From Thermofilaceae archaeon (GTDB lineage Archaea; Thermoproteota; Thermoprotei; Thermofilales; Thermofilaceae): a stretch of DNA of 64,000 bases. This document shows, one piece after another, positions 19,622 to 30,619 of the stretch (position 1 is its first letter; every line of letters starts with the position of its first letter). Location of the stretch: positions 1 through 64,000 of the forward strand of contig JAWCCZ010000004.1 of NCBI GenBank assembly GCA_038861545.1. Direction: 5' to 3'. The notes under the pieces were generated by a model, which did not search any database, had not been told where the DNA came from, and worked only from the letters and a program-made list of their open reading frames with translations. A program made the position numbers and the translations under genes.

Positions 19622-19875
19622 CGTGAGTGGAGCTTAAGAGAGAGAAGCGTGGAGTAGATATTCTGAACACCCGCGTACGCTAGCATGAAAATTACTACAG
19701 CTAATCTAGGCCTATTGGACAGGGAATGTAGTATGCTAGATACGATAAGACGGTTAGTTCCCCGATTACCGGGGAATGGAACCCACCTTTCGCACAGTAT
19801 CTAAAGTATAAAAAAGGACTAAATGAAGTATTTTAGGCATCACAGCTTTATACTCCCGCCCACAGGAGGACTGCG

Positions 19876-20922
19876 ATGCTAGAGGAGACCGCTATCATGC
19901 TTTTACAGGACCTGACCAACAGCTTCGGCGTAGCCGGTTTCGAGGGTGAGGTTAGAGATTACATTACCCGGTACTTGGAGGAGTTAGGATATGAAATAAC
20001 TGTAGATAAGCTTGGATCGCTTATAGCTAGGCTTCCTATGAAAGGCCCGAAAGTCATGCTTGTAGCCCACATGGATGAAATCGGCATGGTTGTACGGTAC
20101 ATCGATGAGAAAGGGTTCATCTACTTGACGCCGGTCGGGGGGGTTAATCCTAGAGTTTTACCAGGTGCCAGGCTACTTGTAAAAACGGTTAACGGTTCCC
20201 TGGAGGGAGTGGTAGGGGAGAAACCGATCCACCGCATGAAAGATGAAGAGAGAAAGAAGGCTCCGGAGCTCGAGGAGCTTTTCCTCGATACAGGTTTAAG
20301 TGCTGAAGAGGTGAAAAAGGCCGTGAGAGTAGGAGACCCGGTTTGTTTTAAGCCATCTTTTTCCAAATTTAGCAAAGGTATAGTCACCGCGAAAGCCCTT
20401 GACGATAGGCTCGGCTGCTTAACTCTCCTCCTCGTCGCAGAAGAACTGCGAACCCGCAAACCAAACGTAGACCTTCACCTAGTCTTCTCCGCTAGGGAGG
20501 AGGTCGGCCTAGAAGGGGCGAGAACCGCTGCCTATAAAATAGGTCCGGACATAGCCGTAGCTGTTGATGTAACGCATGCGGGTGATACACCAGTTTTAAG
20601 CGAGAAAGAGTCTCCAGTTAAAATAGGCGGAGGACCGGTGGTTTCACGCGGTACCGCATTAGATAAGAAAGTTTCGGATGCCTTAATCCGTGTGGCTGAG
20701 ATTCTTGGGCTCGACTACCAGCTTGAGGCAGAGGGAGGTAGAACCGGTACGGATATAGATGCAGTAAGGCTTGTAGGTGAGGGGATTCGGGTAGGTCTAG
20801 TAAGCCTACCATTACGCTACATGCATACCCCTTCAGAAGTAGGTTGCGTTAAAGACGCCGAATCAGCTGCCAAGCTACTTGCAGGCTTTTTAGAAAGTGA
20901 GCTTAACGAGTTAGTACCTTAG
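19876..20922 (+). CDS. M42 (TET) aminopeptidase
   Basis: AHMDE, ALDDRLG, REEVG, VDV, YMHTPSE. Confidence 0.93.
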   Translation: MLEETAIMLLQDLTNSFGVAGFEGEVRDYITRYLEELGYEITVDKLGSLIARLPMKGPKVMLVAHMDEIGMVVRYIDEKGFIYLTPVGGVNPRVLPGARLLVKTVNGSLEGVVGEKPIHRMKDEERKKAPELEELFLDTGLSAEEVKKAVRVGDPVCFKPSFSKFSKGIVTAKALDDRLGCLTLLLVAEELRTRKPNVDLHLVFSAREEVGLEGARTAAYKIGPDIAVAVDVTHAGDTPVLSEKESPVKIGGGPVVSRGTALDKKVSDALIRVAEILGLDYQLEAEGGRTGTDIDAVRLVGEGIRVGLVSLPLRYMHTPSEVGCVKDAESAAKLLAGFLESELNELVP

Positions 20923-20975
20923 AGACTATTAGCAGGCTAGGGCGCAGCTAAACAGATTAAGTTCTTCTTGCAACC

Positions 20976-21779
20976 TCAACTTAGAGCAGTATCTAATAGC
21001 AGCATCGTTACAAAGCCGGCGAAGAAGCCTATAGTAGACTGTTCATCGTGCTCGTGGCCATAGATTTCTGGCACTACTTCGTGAACTACGACGTAGACCA
21101 TTGCGCCCGCAGCTAAAGCCATCATGAAAGGCAAAGCTAATTCCATGTGCTCTATTACCATGGGGGGAAGAAACGCTGAAACCGCTTCTGCAACTCCGCT
21201 AGCAACTCCTATGGAAAACGCTATCCACTTTCCCCTGCTAGCAACCAATGGAAGAGCTACAGCTAAACCCTCCGGTACATCCTGTAACCCTATAGCAAAC
21301 GCTAGCACTAGCCCCTCTGTTGAGCTCCTCGTGGCTGCAACGCCTACTGCCATACCCTCCGGTATGTTGTGAACCACCACCGCCAGAGCGACCAGCAACT
21401 CTTTCTCAAACGGATGGCGTAAACCTTCGAACCCTTTAACCCAGTGCATGTGTGGTAGCAGCGCGTCTAAAGCCTTAATCAACCCGGCTCCGACTAGAAG
21501 ACCGGCGATACTAGCTGGAAGCCCTCCTAGCTCCACAGCTGGGAGCAGGAGACTAGTGAATGAGGCTACAGTCATGACGCCGGCGGCAAACCCCATTCCA
21601 GTATCCCTTACTTTCTCGCTTAAACTTGCGCCGAGCAAAACCGGTATTGAGCCTAGAGCCGTCATCGCTGCAGGGATTAAACCGATTATAAAAACCCTGA
21701 CCAGCAAAGGGCTTTCTCCCAGGAAATTCGATAAAAAGCCTATGATCCACTCCACGCGAATCCCCCTATATTGGTACAA
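20976..21779 (-). CDS. ZIP-family (ZupT/GufA) metal transporter
   Basis: HNIPEGMAVG and QDVPEGLAV; start may be a few codons downstream. Confidence 0.92.
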   Translation of the reverse strand: MYQYRGIRVEWIIGFLSNFLGESPLLVRVFIIGLIPAAMTALGSIPVLLGASLSEKVRDTGMGFAAGVMTVASFTSLLLPAVELGGLPASIAGLLVGAGLIKALDALLPHMHWVKGFEGLRHPFEKELLVALAVVVHNIPEGMAVGVAATRSSTEGLVLAFAIGLQDVPEGLAVALPLVASRGKWIAFSIGVASGVAEAVSAFLPPMVIEHMELALPFMMALAAGAMVYVVVHEVVPEIYGHEHDEQSTIGFFAGFVTMLLLDTALS

Positions 21780-22350
21780 AGTAAAATGTTTTAAAAGTTA
21801 AAACCGTAGTTACGAACGCTAGCATGGCGCCTGCTACAAGCTGTGCAGTAGTGTGAGCTTTCATTTCAAGGCGGGCCCAGACTACGGGTATTAACAGCAG
21901 GTAGAGGAGAATGTAGTCAGGACCTGAAGTAAGCACTAAGGCTGTTGTGGGCCCAGAGATTCCAGCTGTGTGAACGCTGATCTTCCAGCGGGCGATCGTC
22001 GTCACAACAGCTAGCGCTGCAGCGCTGACAAAGTAGGATAAAGCTAAAACTGCGTAAACCCGGTAATTGCGCAGCATGGCGTATGCGATGCCTATTGTGT
22101 ATGATAAAATACTAACTAGGTAGTACTTTGGTCGCTTTTCGCGTTCAGTAACAAACACATCTATCACCCCTTTCCGAGTATCGATTACTATGGGCAGTAA
22201 AGGTATAACTGTTTGAGTGGTGAAAAGCACTAGTAAGGCCTCGACGCCGCCGATGCCTAGCTTAAGCCATATTACTGAGGCCACCAAACCCCCGTATACT
22301 TGCGGCGCGGTTAACAGAGAAATAGCTTTAGCCAGTCTACGCCTAAGCAT
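21766..22350 (-). CDS. PAP2-like membrane protein
   Basis: Multi-TM; R.KR, KISVH, WARL..KAHT..Q. Confidence 0.75.
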   Translation of the reverse strand: MLRRRLAKAISLLTAPQVYGGLVASVIWLKLGIGGVEALLVLFTTQTVIPLLPIVIDTRKGVIDVFVTEREKRPKYYLVSILSYTIGIAYAMLRNYRVYAVLALSYFVSAAALAVVTTIARWKISVHTAGISGPTTALVLTSGPDYILLYLLLIPVVWARLEMKAHTTAQLVAGAMLAFVTTVLTFKTFYFVPI

Positions 22351-22479
22351 CCCGCAGCTGTGAAAAACACAAGTTAAGAATATTGCGCGGTAAGACGCCT
22401 TAGTTTCCTATTTTATCCCCTTACTATAGGTGTAAATTACCAGTAGGCGTGAAGCAACCGAGACCTAGGCTAGGAGTAT

Positions 22480-23733
22480 TTACCACTGGTTAGAGTATCT
22501 TTTTGCTTCAATCGCGAAAAACAGGGAAGCTAGATCTACGAAAAGCGGAAGAAGCAACGTGAGATCCCGGTAGCCTGCATCCCATACAATTCCGCCTACT
22601 AGGGGAGCAACCGCGCCTATTAACCCTCCGAGCATATTCGAAGCCGTCAACCATGAACCTCTGTGGTTCGGCTGAGGGGATTCCCAGAAAGCGGTTATAA
22701 ACGGTATGAAGCTTACGCCTCCTACTCCATACATGAAACCGAAAGTCCCGAATGCCCCAGCTAGTACTAGTGCCGAGGGGGCGGGAATCAGTAACATGAG
22801 AAGCGTCCCCAGGTAAAGAAAAGTGCGTGTAACTAGAAAAACCTTAAGCCACCCGAGCCTATCAGCTATAACGCCCACAGGCGCTGAAAGGAGAAGAACG
22901 GCTATTACACCTGCTGTATTCATAGCACCTATAATGTAAGGATCAGCTCCTCTAACTCCCACAAGCCATAGTGGTAGGTATGCCATCGCTATACCAGTCG
23001 AGAAACGCTGGGCTGACATTGCTAGCATCCACGCAAATGAGCCCTTTTTCATAAGCAATAGCCTAGTGTTATTTAGAACTTCGATTAAACCGAGGCTGGG
23101 AGCATTAGCGGTAAGTGTTTCCGAGTTTTCGAGAACCGCAGCTAGAGCAAGTGCAACTCCTACGGCGGCAGTGAACTGTACCAGGAATAGGGGGCGCATA
23201 GCCTCGAGAGTTAAACCTCCAAAGGTTACGACCAGCATAGTGGCTACAGGAGGAGCAAATAAAGCAAATGCATTCCATACGGTACGGGAAAAACCCATTG
23301 CAGCGGCTCTAGATCCCTCGCGTGTAACCTCAACTATTATAATATCTGAAAGCGGATAGATGAACGAGGGGGCTAAAGCGGATAGCAGCGAAGCTGGGAC
23401 GAGGAAAAGCCAGTTCGCAGCTACTAAGTACATGCCAGCTGAAGCCGCGAAAGCGAGGAAGCCTAAAATGAGCACCTTCTTCGCCCCATACCTCGCCATA
23501 AACCAGCCGGCGGGGATGGCGGCAAACGCGCTTGCCACGCTACCTAGGCTAGATAAGAGGCCCAATTCGATCGGATCGGCACCTAACATAGTCGCGTAAA
23601 GTTGAGCGTAAGTGGCTGGGAGGTTTAAAGCCCAGCTGTAAACCCCAGTCGCCAGTAAGAGGATTTTATACCTTTTATCAAGCCTTCCGTTAAGGCTTTT
23701 CAAGAACAAGTAGGCCTTACGCAGGGAGCTCAC
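22480..23733 (-). CDS. MFS transporter
   Basis: ~12 TM segments; GWFMARYGAKK and GVIADRLG loops. Confidence 0.9.
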   Translation of the reverse strand: MSSLRKAYLFLKSLNGRLDKRYKILLLATGVYSWALNLPATYAQLYATMLGADPIELGLLSSLGSVASAFAAIPAGWFMARYGAKKVLILGFLAFAASAGMYLVAANWLFLVPASLLSALAPSFIYPLSDIIIVEVTREGSRAAAMGFSRTVWNAFALFAPPVATMLVVTFGGLTLEAMRPLFLVQFTAAVGVALALAAVLENSETLTANAPSLGLIEVLNNTRLLLMKKGSFAWMLAMSAQRFSTGIAMAYLPLWLVGVRGADPYIIGAMNTAGVIAVLLLSAPVGVIADRLGWLKVFLVTRTFLYLGTLLMLLIPAPSALVLAGAFGTFGFMYGVGGVSFIPFITAFWESPQPNHRGSWLTASNMLGGLIGAVAPLVGGIVWDAGYRDLTLLLPLFVDLASLFFAIEAKRYSNQW

Positions 23734-23808
23734 GCGCTACCCTCCAACTGACACTTAAATGTTTAACACAAAGGAAAATCATTTTTAACTGTCAGGTGAA
23801 GTCTGCGC

Positions 23809-24666
23809 GTGAAGGAGTTCTGGGAGTACATGGGGTTAAATAGAAAACCGACCGCGATTATACACCACGATGATCTGGGCATGTTTAAAGCCCAGAATGA
23901 CGCGTTTAGAGACCTGCCTTTCCCCACCGGTTCAATTCTCTCCCCTTCAACATGGGTCCCGGACCTAGTTGTGAACCCGAAACCCAGTGCGGATTTAGGA
24001 GTTCACCTCACCTTGAACAGCGAGTGGACGCACTGCAGGATTAGACCTCTAACGTGTGGTAGGAGCTTAAAGGATCCGCAAGGTTACTTATGGAGAACCA
24101 CTGAGGACGCTTGGAGGAACGTTAAAGCAGTTGAAGTTGAGGATGAGCTCAGAGCTCAAGTCGAGCATGTGCTCAAGCTAGGAATCGATGTGACGCATAT
24201 AGATACCCACATGGGCAGCGTTATGCGCCCCGATTTAGCAGAAATATACGTGAGACTCGCATGCTACTACAAGGTTCCAGCACTTATCCCGGATGTTACC
24301 CAGTACCCTCAAATTCAATCCGAGTTCAGAAAACAGTTGGAGGCTATCCTGGATAAAACCAAGCTTCCCAGGTTCAAGCTCGCCGGGATTCCGTATATCC
24401 AGTGGAGGCTAGAGGACAGGAAACGCGCTTTCAGGGATTTCCTACTGGAGGCGGAACCCGGCGTGTACCATGTAATTCACCACGCTTGCTTTAGAACGGA
24501 TGAGACCGGAAACTTACCCGACATTGATATCAGAGAAGGCGACTTTACGATTTTAAAAGACCCGGAGATCAGGGAGCTGATTGAGAAGAGGTGGGAGCTC
24601 GTAACTTATAGAGAAGTAAGGAATACTTTAAGAAAATATCTGGGTAATGAACCGTGGATTATTTAA
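23809..24666 (+). CDS. YdjC/ChbG-family carbohydrate deacetylase
   Basis: HHDDLG, LGVHLTL, THIDTHM. Confidence 0.88.
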   Translation: MKEFWEYMGLNRKPTAIIHHDDLGMFKAQNDAFRDLPFPTGSILSPSTWVPDLVVNPKPSADLGVHLTLNSEWTHCRIRPLTCGRSLKDPQGYLWRTTEDAWRNVKAVEVEDELRAQVEHVLKLGIDVTHIDTHMGSVMRPDLAEIYVRLACYYKVPALIPDVTQYPQIQSEFRKQLEAILDKTKLPRFKLAGIPYIQWRLEDRKRAFRDFLLEAEPGVYHVIHHACFRTDETGNLPDIDIREGDFTILKDPEIRELIEKRWELVTYREVRNTLRKYLGNEPWII

Positions 24667-24775
24667 ATTTCAAAGAATTCAGTTTAATAAACACTGATTA
24701 ACTCAGCTAACTTGTTTATTTTTTTTAAAAAAAAACTATGATAACACTTATAAAATCGCGATCTACTCAGTTATT

Positions 24776-25585
24776 ATGAATACCAACAGGCTTACACCTT
24801 ACGAAGTAGGCAGATTTATCTATCTTCCAGGGAAAAAACCCTACCTTTATCACCTACTTTTAAAGGAAAACACGCTTTCAGCTACAGGAATTCTTGAAGA
24901 AATCACTAGCGTATTTGCTAAACGGAAGATACCGATACTTAGCTTGAAAGTAAGCATGGCCCCTGCTTTAAAAATAATTATCGCCGTTGATTTAACCGGT
25001 AAAGAGCATCAAGCCGAAGAATTGGCTGCTCAATTCAAAGGTAAAACATATGTGCAGGACATTCAGTATTCTCCTCCCCTTTTTGAGGGGGTTGCTATTG
25101 ACCAATACTCTTTCCCCCTTTTCATAGCTGGTAACCGAACCCTTCTGTTTGAGAAGGCAGTTTACGAGGGGATGCTTAAAATCGGATGGGAGCGTTTCGG
25201 CACCCCTTATGCTATACTTCTCTACCTAGCTGGCTTCGGGGCGGGAAAACTTGCTTATGAAAGCCAAACTACTCTAACTCGTGATCCCGGTTTACAGCTT
25301 AAGTTTGCTGTAGCATATTTCCAGATGCTTGGCTTCGGCAGATTGGAGATTTTAAAAATTGACGATAAGCGTATGGAAGCCGAGTTCAGGGTTTACGATA
25401 GCTTTGAATGTGAGGTGTTCAGCGGGGTAGGGGAAATACGGGGCAACTTTGTTCGCGGTTTAACCGCTGGCTGGCTTGCTGGTAGATGGGGTATTACAGA
25501 CCCCGATAAAATGATTGCTAGGGAGAGGAAGTGTATAGCGAAAGGAGACCCGTATTGCGAGTATAGAGTACAAGTAGAAAAATAA
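24776..25585 (+). CDS. ACT-like + V4R domain protein
   Basis: C-terminal SFEC...GNFVRG...G...ERKCIAKGDPYCEY. Confidence 0.85.
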   Translation: MNTNRLTPYEVGRFIYLPGKKPYLYHLLLKENTLSATGILEEITSVFAKRKIPILSLKVSMAPALKIIIAVDLTGKEHQAEELAAQFKGKTYVQDIQYSPPLFEGVAIDQYSFPLFIAGNRTLLFEKAVYEGMLKIGWERFGTPYAILLYLAGFGAGKLAYESQTTLTRDPGLQLKFAVAYFQMLGFGRLEILKIDDKRMEAEFRVYDSFECEVFSGVGEIRGNFVRGLTAGWLAGRWGITDPDKMIARERKCIAKGDPYCEYRVQVEK

Positions 25586-25711
25586 ATTTAAAGGAGATAG
25601 GCGTGCCTCCCTGCTTTAGATAAACCTAGTAACAATAGAGCTCATTCTGCTTCTAGCGGCTAGGCTTTGCTTGATGCAATCGCCTTTAGTGATTTGCTGG
25701 AATTGCAGAAA

Positions 25712-28432
25712 TCATTCGCGTGAGATTTCGTACCATATGGTCCCGTACTCCGGCCCTATTTCGAAAAACGCTTGATCTCCTTCGACCTTCACGGGAACTT
25801 TAGTTTTCCTGTTTCCGGTTTCATCTAGCGCCCATACTTCAATGCTACTGGAAGCTTTTACATGGATTTTTGAGTGAATGCCCTCTACTACTGTTGGGGC
25901 TGACCCCCACGTGTTGGAGCAGGTGATCATCCCATTGAATGGTGTTACATCCACCCTGTAACCGCTGGGGCTTTTGATGATCCTCACTACCACTCTGTTG
26001 GCCCCATACTCTCTTACCTCCATTCCGGCGTTCCCTACGTAGCCAGTCGCGATTAGCAGCATCCTACCCGACTCGCTTAGAGGCTTTTCGTCTAGAGATA
26101 CAAGGCCAATCACGCTGAACCCCTCCAGCAGCGTGTAACCAGGCTCTACAGTTATATTTCGGAAGTTGAAGGTTTTATTAGCCCCATAGCCAACGATAGC
26201 TATGGTCTTCGGTGAATCCACTATCATAACGCACCTGCTTTTCTCGCCGCAGTCCCACGTAACCATGTTGTTATCAGATTTATATGCGGGTTCACTCATC
26301 GCTACGGCGGCTTCTGCTGGCGCCTCTTTACCAACTTGAAGAGCGAACCGGTGGATCAAGGGAGTATCCGGATTCCAATTCAAATGGTGAGCTCCCGGCA
26401 TATTCCAAGCGCTGAGCTTCCCGCGAATCAGCAAGTCGAGCTCTACTTCGCGGTCTATTGGTATGGTCACCAGCTCTTCCGCCGGATACACGTCGCTTCT
26501 GACAAATATGGCGTGAGCAAGTAAAAGCGAAGCCATCTTTGCAGGATGTTGATCAACGTCGAAGTAGCTTCTTATCCTACGTGCGTCTCTGGGTGAGCTT
26601 CCGTAGTCAAACGCGAATATCCCATCCCAGTCCTGAAGTGCTGCGTAAGTGGCTAGGATCACGTATGCTTCTGCGTCGTACATGTTTGGAGCTGGATGGT
26701 TGTACTCCGTGACCGTGAACGGTTTACCCAAGACCCTCCTAGATGCAAGCCAAGTTACCGTTCCGTCAAGCGGGTGGTTTACCATCGGCTCATTCACCAC
26801 GTACCAGTTGTTTGGGTCCCACGGTGTACCTGGGAACGCAGGATGCTGCCAGTAGGCGTGTGTGTCCACGACATCCAGCTCCGATAGGATCACTGGAGTA
26901 CTGCAGCCGGCGATCGTGCCTATTATGAGGGCCCTTACCTTTAACTCATCTTTCAAGTACCTGTACATATTTAAGAAATAGCTCCGCTCCAGCTCCCAGA
27001 GAAACTCCGCCCAATCCCTCTTAGCCTGAGGCGATCGTCCGAAGAAATCGCCGGGCGTGAAGGCTTCCACGGTGCCCGCTTCGATATTCTCACCATCTTT
27101 AAGCCCCGCTCCACTGTATAGCTTCATCGAAAAATCTGAAAAGTAGTAGGTGGTCTCGAGTAAGCCTAGATTCGAAATATCGAGCCGAGCGTTATCATCC
27201 GATTTCGAAACGCCGAGTACGACTTCGTAAGTCCTCCATTCCGGCGTAAGTTCCACACTTACGACCTGCGACAACGCCTGCCAGGGTTCGTGAGCCTGCA
27301 ACAGGCAAACAGTTACACGTGTATTCTCTTCGGCTCTAGCTTTAAACGTCACCAAGTATACCTCGCCTTCGTGAACCTGAATGCGGGGATAGTTTAACTG
27401 AACATGCCAGCCAGCCCTCCCCTTTCTTACAACTTGTATTCGGAGAACCCTTAGCCCTTGGTCTTCCACTAGTCCGTATGTGGCCTGAGCTACATCATGA
27501 CGTTCGACAACCCAGCCTGTCAAATCTCTCTCAAAACGAGGATTAGCTAGCACTTCACTGCCTAATCGAGTCTCGCCCCCCCAAGCTTCAACTAGCTCCA
27601 CCGTAGTGCCGTACTTAGCTTTTAACCACTCGTTCCACCTCTCCTTAAGCTTAATTTTGAAAACCTCAGGCAATCTGTCGATCGCTCCGTCCAGCCAAGA
27701 GTGTATAAGGCCCTGCTCGTTCACAATTTCAACGAAAGCTACTGCGGGATCCTCCGCGTACGTTAGGTTGGTGAAGGGGTTCCTGTGGAGTAAGAGCTGA
27801 TGTGCATACTCCTTTTGGAGCTCGCGTACTTCCTCGACGAAGAAGCCCAGTACTTGCTGGTCTTTCCAATCTACTTGCTCGATCTCTGAAGGAAGCCCAT
27901 CGGCGGCTGAAAGCCTTCGAGATACTAGGAGGTTGAGGTTCACGTACACTCCGTTCTCTTTAAGCTTCGCGATAAAATAGTCTAATCGTTCTAAAGCCGC
28001 TGGATTTAGCCGCCGGGTACCCGGTTTCTCGAAGATGTTGAAGCTCTCCCACGATGCATCCATGTGGTGGAATCGGACTATGTTCACTCCAAACTTCGCG
28101 AGCCTAGCTGCTATGCCTTCCGCTTCGGGTCTCGTTGGAAAAGCCGCGCTACCGCAGATATTTACCCCCAGGAACTTTATCCTTTGATCACTTACGTACA
28201 GGTGCCCATCGGATCCGATATACACGTATCCGTACTTGCCTGCAGGCTTGTGTAGGTAACGGCTGAAGCTTGTAGCGGTTTCGCTCGAGTCATCCCAAGG
28301 GAGGTAGAAAGAAAACACATTACCAGCTTCTCTCTTTTGATAGGTTTTCATAACGTTCCACCCTAAGGCGGATAAACAGACTAGGACCGCTAATATCAGT
28401 AACGTTAGCCTAAGTCTCCTTTTAGACCTCAT
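25712..28432 (-). CDS. membrane-anchored GH5-like (clan GH-A) glycoside hydrolase with inserted CBM4/9-like module
   Basis: N-terminal TM after MRSKRR (ATG 28432 preferred to TTG 28456); acid/base EIVNE; nucleophile VTEY; insert LANPRFE..LTGW...WHVQL...YLVTFKARA...YFSDFSM. Confidence 0.82.
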   Translation of the reverse strand: MRSKRRLRLTLLILAVLVCLSALGWNVMKTYQKREAGNVFSFYLPWDDSSETATSFSRYLHKPAGKYGYVYIGSDGHLYVSDQRIKFLGVNICGSAAFPTRPEAEGIAARLAKFGVNIVRFHHMDASWESFNIFEKPGTRRLNPAALERLDYFIAKLKENGVYVNLNLLVSRRLSAADGLPSEIEQVDWKDQQVLGFFVEEVRELQKEYAHQLLLHRNPFTNLTYAEDPAVAFVEIVNEQGLIHSWLDGAIDRLPEVFKIKLKERWNEWLKAKYGTTVELVEAWGGETRLGSEVLANPRFERDLTGWVVERHDVAQATYGLVEDQGLRVLRIQVVRKGRAGWHVQLNYPRIQVHEGEVYLVTFKARAEENTRVTVCLLQAHEPWQALSQVVSVELTPEWRTYEVVLGVSKSDDNARLDISNLGLLETTYYFSDFSMKLYSGAGLKDGENIEAGTVEAFTPGDFFGRSPQAKRDWAEFLWELERSYFLNMYRYLKDELKVRALIIGTIAGCSTPVILSELDVVDTHAYWQHPAFPGTPWDPNNWYVVNEPMVNHPLDGTVTWLASRRVLGKPFTVTEYNHPAPNMYDAEAYVILATYAALQDWDGIFAFDYGSSPRDARRIRSYFDVDQHPAKMASLLLAHAIFVRSDVYPAEELVTIPIDREVELDLLIRGKLSAWNMPGAHHLNWNPDTPLIHRFALQVGKEAPAEAAVAMSEPAYKSDNNMVTWDCGEKSRCVMIVDSPKTIAIVGYGANKTFNFRNITVEPGYTLLEGFSVIGLVSLDEKPLSESGRMLLIATGYVGNAGMEVREYGANRVVVRIIKSPSGYRVDVTPFNGMITCSNTWGSAPTVVEGIHSKIHVKASSSIEVWALDETGNRKTKVPVKVEGDQAFFEIGPEYGTIWYEISRE

Positions 28433-28755
28433 GGGTACAGGCTGATGCAGATCCAATTAAGCTTAACGAGGGTTATTCAGCTACCTTACTAGGGTATATT
28501 TCCTCAATACTAGGAGGATTCAGATACTTTGAATTGGCCTGCAGCCTATATTGACTGTGAGCATGCACCCTAGCTGGCAGGGGAAAGGCTTTACCGGCAA
28601 CCTCGCACCAGCGATCAGTGTCTTTGAGTCTCAAGGAGATCTTTGAGAGCCGTAGAAGGCGCTCGAAAGGCTTAAAGGCAGACTATAGCCACGGAGAAGC
28701 GGTTTTACCACCTAAACTCGTTAGCGATTTATAACGGAATACTTTACTATTCCCT

Positions 28756-30264
28756 ATGGGAAATCCTTGGGAAATCTTCAAGCATATCCCTTACCCGTCT
28801 AACGGTCGGTTTGAGCCGGACTGGGGATCGCTGAGGAATTATAGAACGCCGAAGTGGTACGTTGACGCTAAGCTTGGCATCTTTATCCACTGGGGTGCCT
28901 ACTCGGTCCCCGCTTTCGGCAACGAATGGTATCCGCGCAACATGTACGTGAAAGGAAGCCCTGAGTATGAGTTTCATCTGAAGACTTTTGGACCCCATTC
29001 AGAGTTTGGTTATAAAGACTTCATCCCTGACTTCACTGCAGAGAACTGGGACCCCGATGAATGGAGCAAGATCTTCGAACGGGCTGGTGCAAAGTATGTA
29101 GTGCTTGTAGCTGAGCACCATGACGGTTTAGCTCTCTGGGACTGCAGTTACACGCGCTGGTGTGCCACTCGCATAGGACCAAGAAGGGACCTCGTAAGAG
29201 AGCTCGCGGAAGCCGTCAGGGATAGAGGTTTAATCTTTGGGATATCGTACCACAGGGCAGAGCACTGGTGGTTCTTCGAACCAGGAACCCGAATCGACTC
29301 AGATGTAAACGATCCACGTTATAGGGACCTGTACGGCCCTGCGCGTCCAGCGTCGCTTAACCCACGGGATCCACCAGGCCCCAGTAACGAGTACCCTGAT
29401 GATGCCTTTCTGACAGATTGGCTGCTTAGGGCTGCCGAGCTGATCGAGAAATATAGGCCCCAGGTCTTCTACTTTGACTGGTGGATTGCTAACCCGGCCT
29501 TTGAGCCTTACTTGCTGGCTTTCGCAGCCTTCTACTACAATAGGATGGAGAGCTGGGGGCTAGAGGGCGTGGTCAACTACAAGCATGAAGCATTCAAGGA
29601 GGGCACTGCCGTCCCAGATATCGAGAGAGGAACTCTTGACAACGTTAAGTGTGAGCCCTGGCAGGCTGATACTTCCGTATGCTACAAGTCGTGGGGGTAC
29701 ATTAGAGACCACGAGTACAAGCCGCTTGAAGTGATAATCGGCCATTTCGTTGACGTTGTCAGCAAGGGCGGTAATCTTCTCCTCAACATCGGACCGAGAC
29801 CGGACGGCGCGATACCCGAGGGGCAAGTTAAACTCTTGGAGAATCTCGGCGATTGGCTCCGCGTAAACGGTGAAGCAGTTTACGCTTCCAAGCCGTGGGT
29901 GACGTACAGCGAGGGGCCGACTAAGTTGAAGGGAGGTTTCTTCGGCGAGCGGGAGTTCGAATTTGAACGTGGCGATATAAGGTACACCTGTAGAGAGCTG
30001 TACCCTCATTGCGAAGTTGTCTACGCAGTGATCTTGAAAGCCTCTGAAGGCAATGTGAAGCTGCAGGAGCCCATAGCAAGGGCACGGAAGTTTGGCAGGA
30101 AAATACTGTCAGTTGAGCTCCTTAGCGAAGAAAGGACTGCCTGGCGCAAAGTTGAGTGGGAGGCAGGGGAGACTCTTTCGGTTAAGATACCCCGCGTTGT
30201 TAAGCAACCCGCAGTAATTACGCTAAGGATTACGTTGGCGTGCGGCCCTCTTTTGAGCAGCTAG
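28756..30264 (+). CDS. alpha-L-fucosidase, GH29
   Basis: KLGIFIHWG, EWY, AEHHDG, nucleophile YFDWW, VSKGGNLLLNIGP. Confidence 0.95.
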   Translation: MGNPWEIFKHIPYPSNGRFEPDWGSLRNYRTPKWYVDAKLGIFIHWGAYSVPAFGNEWYPRNMYVKGSPEYEFHLKTFGPHSEFGYKDFIPDFTAENWDPDEWSKIFERAGAKYVVLVAEHHDGLALWDCSYTRWCATRIGPRRDLVRELAEAVRDRGLIFGISYHRAEHWWFFEPGTRIDSDVNDPRYRDLYGPARPASLNPRDPPGPSNEYPDDAFLTDWLLRAAELIEKYRPQVFYFDWWIANPAFEPYLLAFAAFYYNRMESWGLEGVVNYKHEAFKEGTAVPDIERGTLDNVKCEPWQADTSVCYKSWGYIRDHEYKPLEVIIGHFVDVVSKGGNLLLNIGPRPDGAIPEGQVKLLENLGDWLRVNGEAVYASKPWVTYSEGPTKLKGGFFGEREFEFERGDIRYTCRELYPHCEVVYAVILKASEGNVKLQEPIARARKFGRKILSVELLSEERTAWRKVEWEAGETLSVKIPRVVKQPAVITLRITLACGPLLSS

Positions 30265-30597
30265 GAAAAGTTTCGCAATGTACTTCAGAGCCTCTTTGAT
30301 TTTAATGCTCTTTTCTCAGTCTTCGCATCTATGATAAACTATCATTCTTCGCTTTAGCGCACACTGGTCCCGGTAGCACACAGACCTCTATGCGGTAGCG
30401 ATTACTACCAGGTGCCATGTCAAGCGCTAAGTGAGAAGATACTCCCGGTTGATACTTGGGCAAATGCGTGGTAACCCTATGGTTAAGATACCTGACTGGA
30501 CTGTTAAGCAGCTTCGGGTAACCACCGAGGACTAATATTCGGATAAAATCATGGAAGGTTTTATTTAAGCTGATTATGACAGTGGAAAATTTTAAAT

Positions 30598-30618
30598 AGA
30601 GGTAATTAAACTACCTCT
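30598..30618. promoter_or_regulatory. candidate operator (7-bp inverted repeat) between the TATA box and start codon of the aldo/keto reductase
   Basis: AGAGGTA-ATTAAAC-TACCTCT directly after TTTTAAA (30590-30596) and before ATG 30620. Confidence 0.45.
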
Positions 30619-30619
30619 T

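Noticed and set aside
19758-19776. Hairpin TTCCCCG-ATTAC-CGGGGAA in an intergenic region
   Set aside because: Single short stem with no box motifs or second copy; not enough to call.
28457-28755. Short hairpins between the divergent GH5-like and GH29 genes
   Set aside because: No coherent fold or recognisable RNA motif.
28756-30264. Programmed -1 frameshift as in the split Saccharolobus fucosidase
   Set aside because: The GH29 ORF here is continuous and full length.
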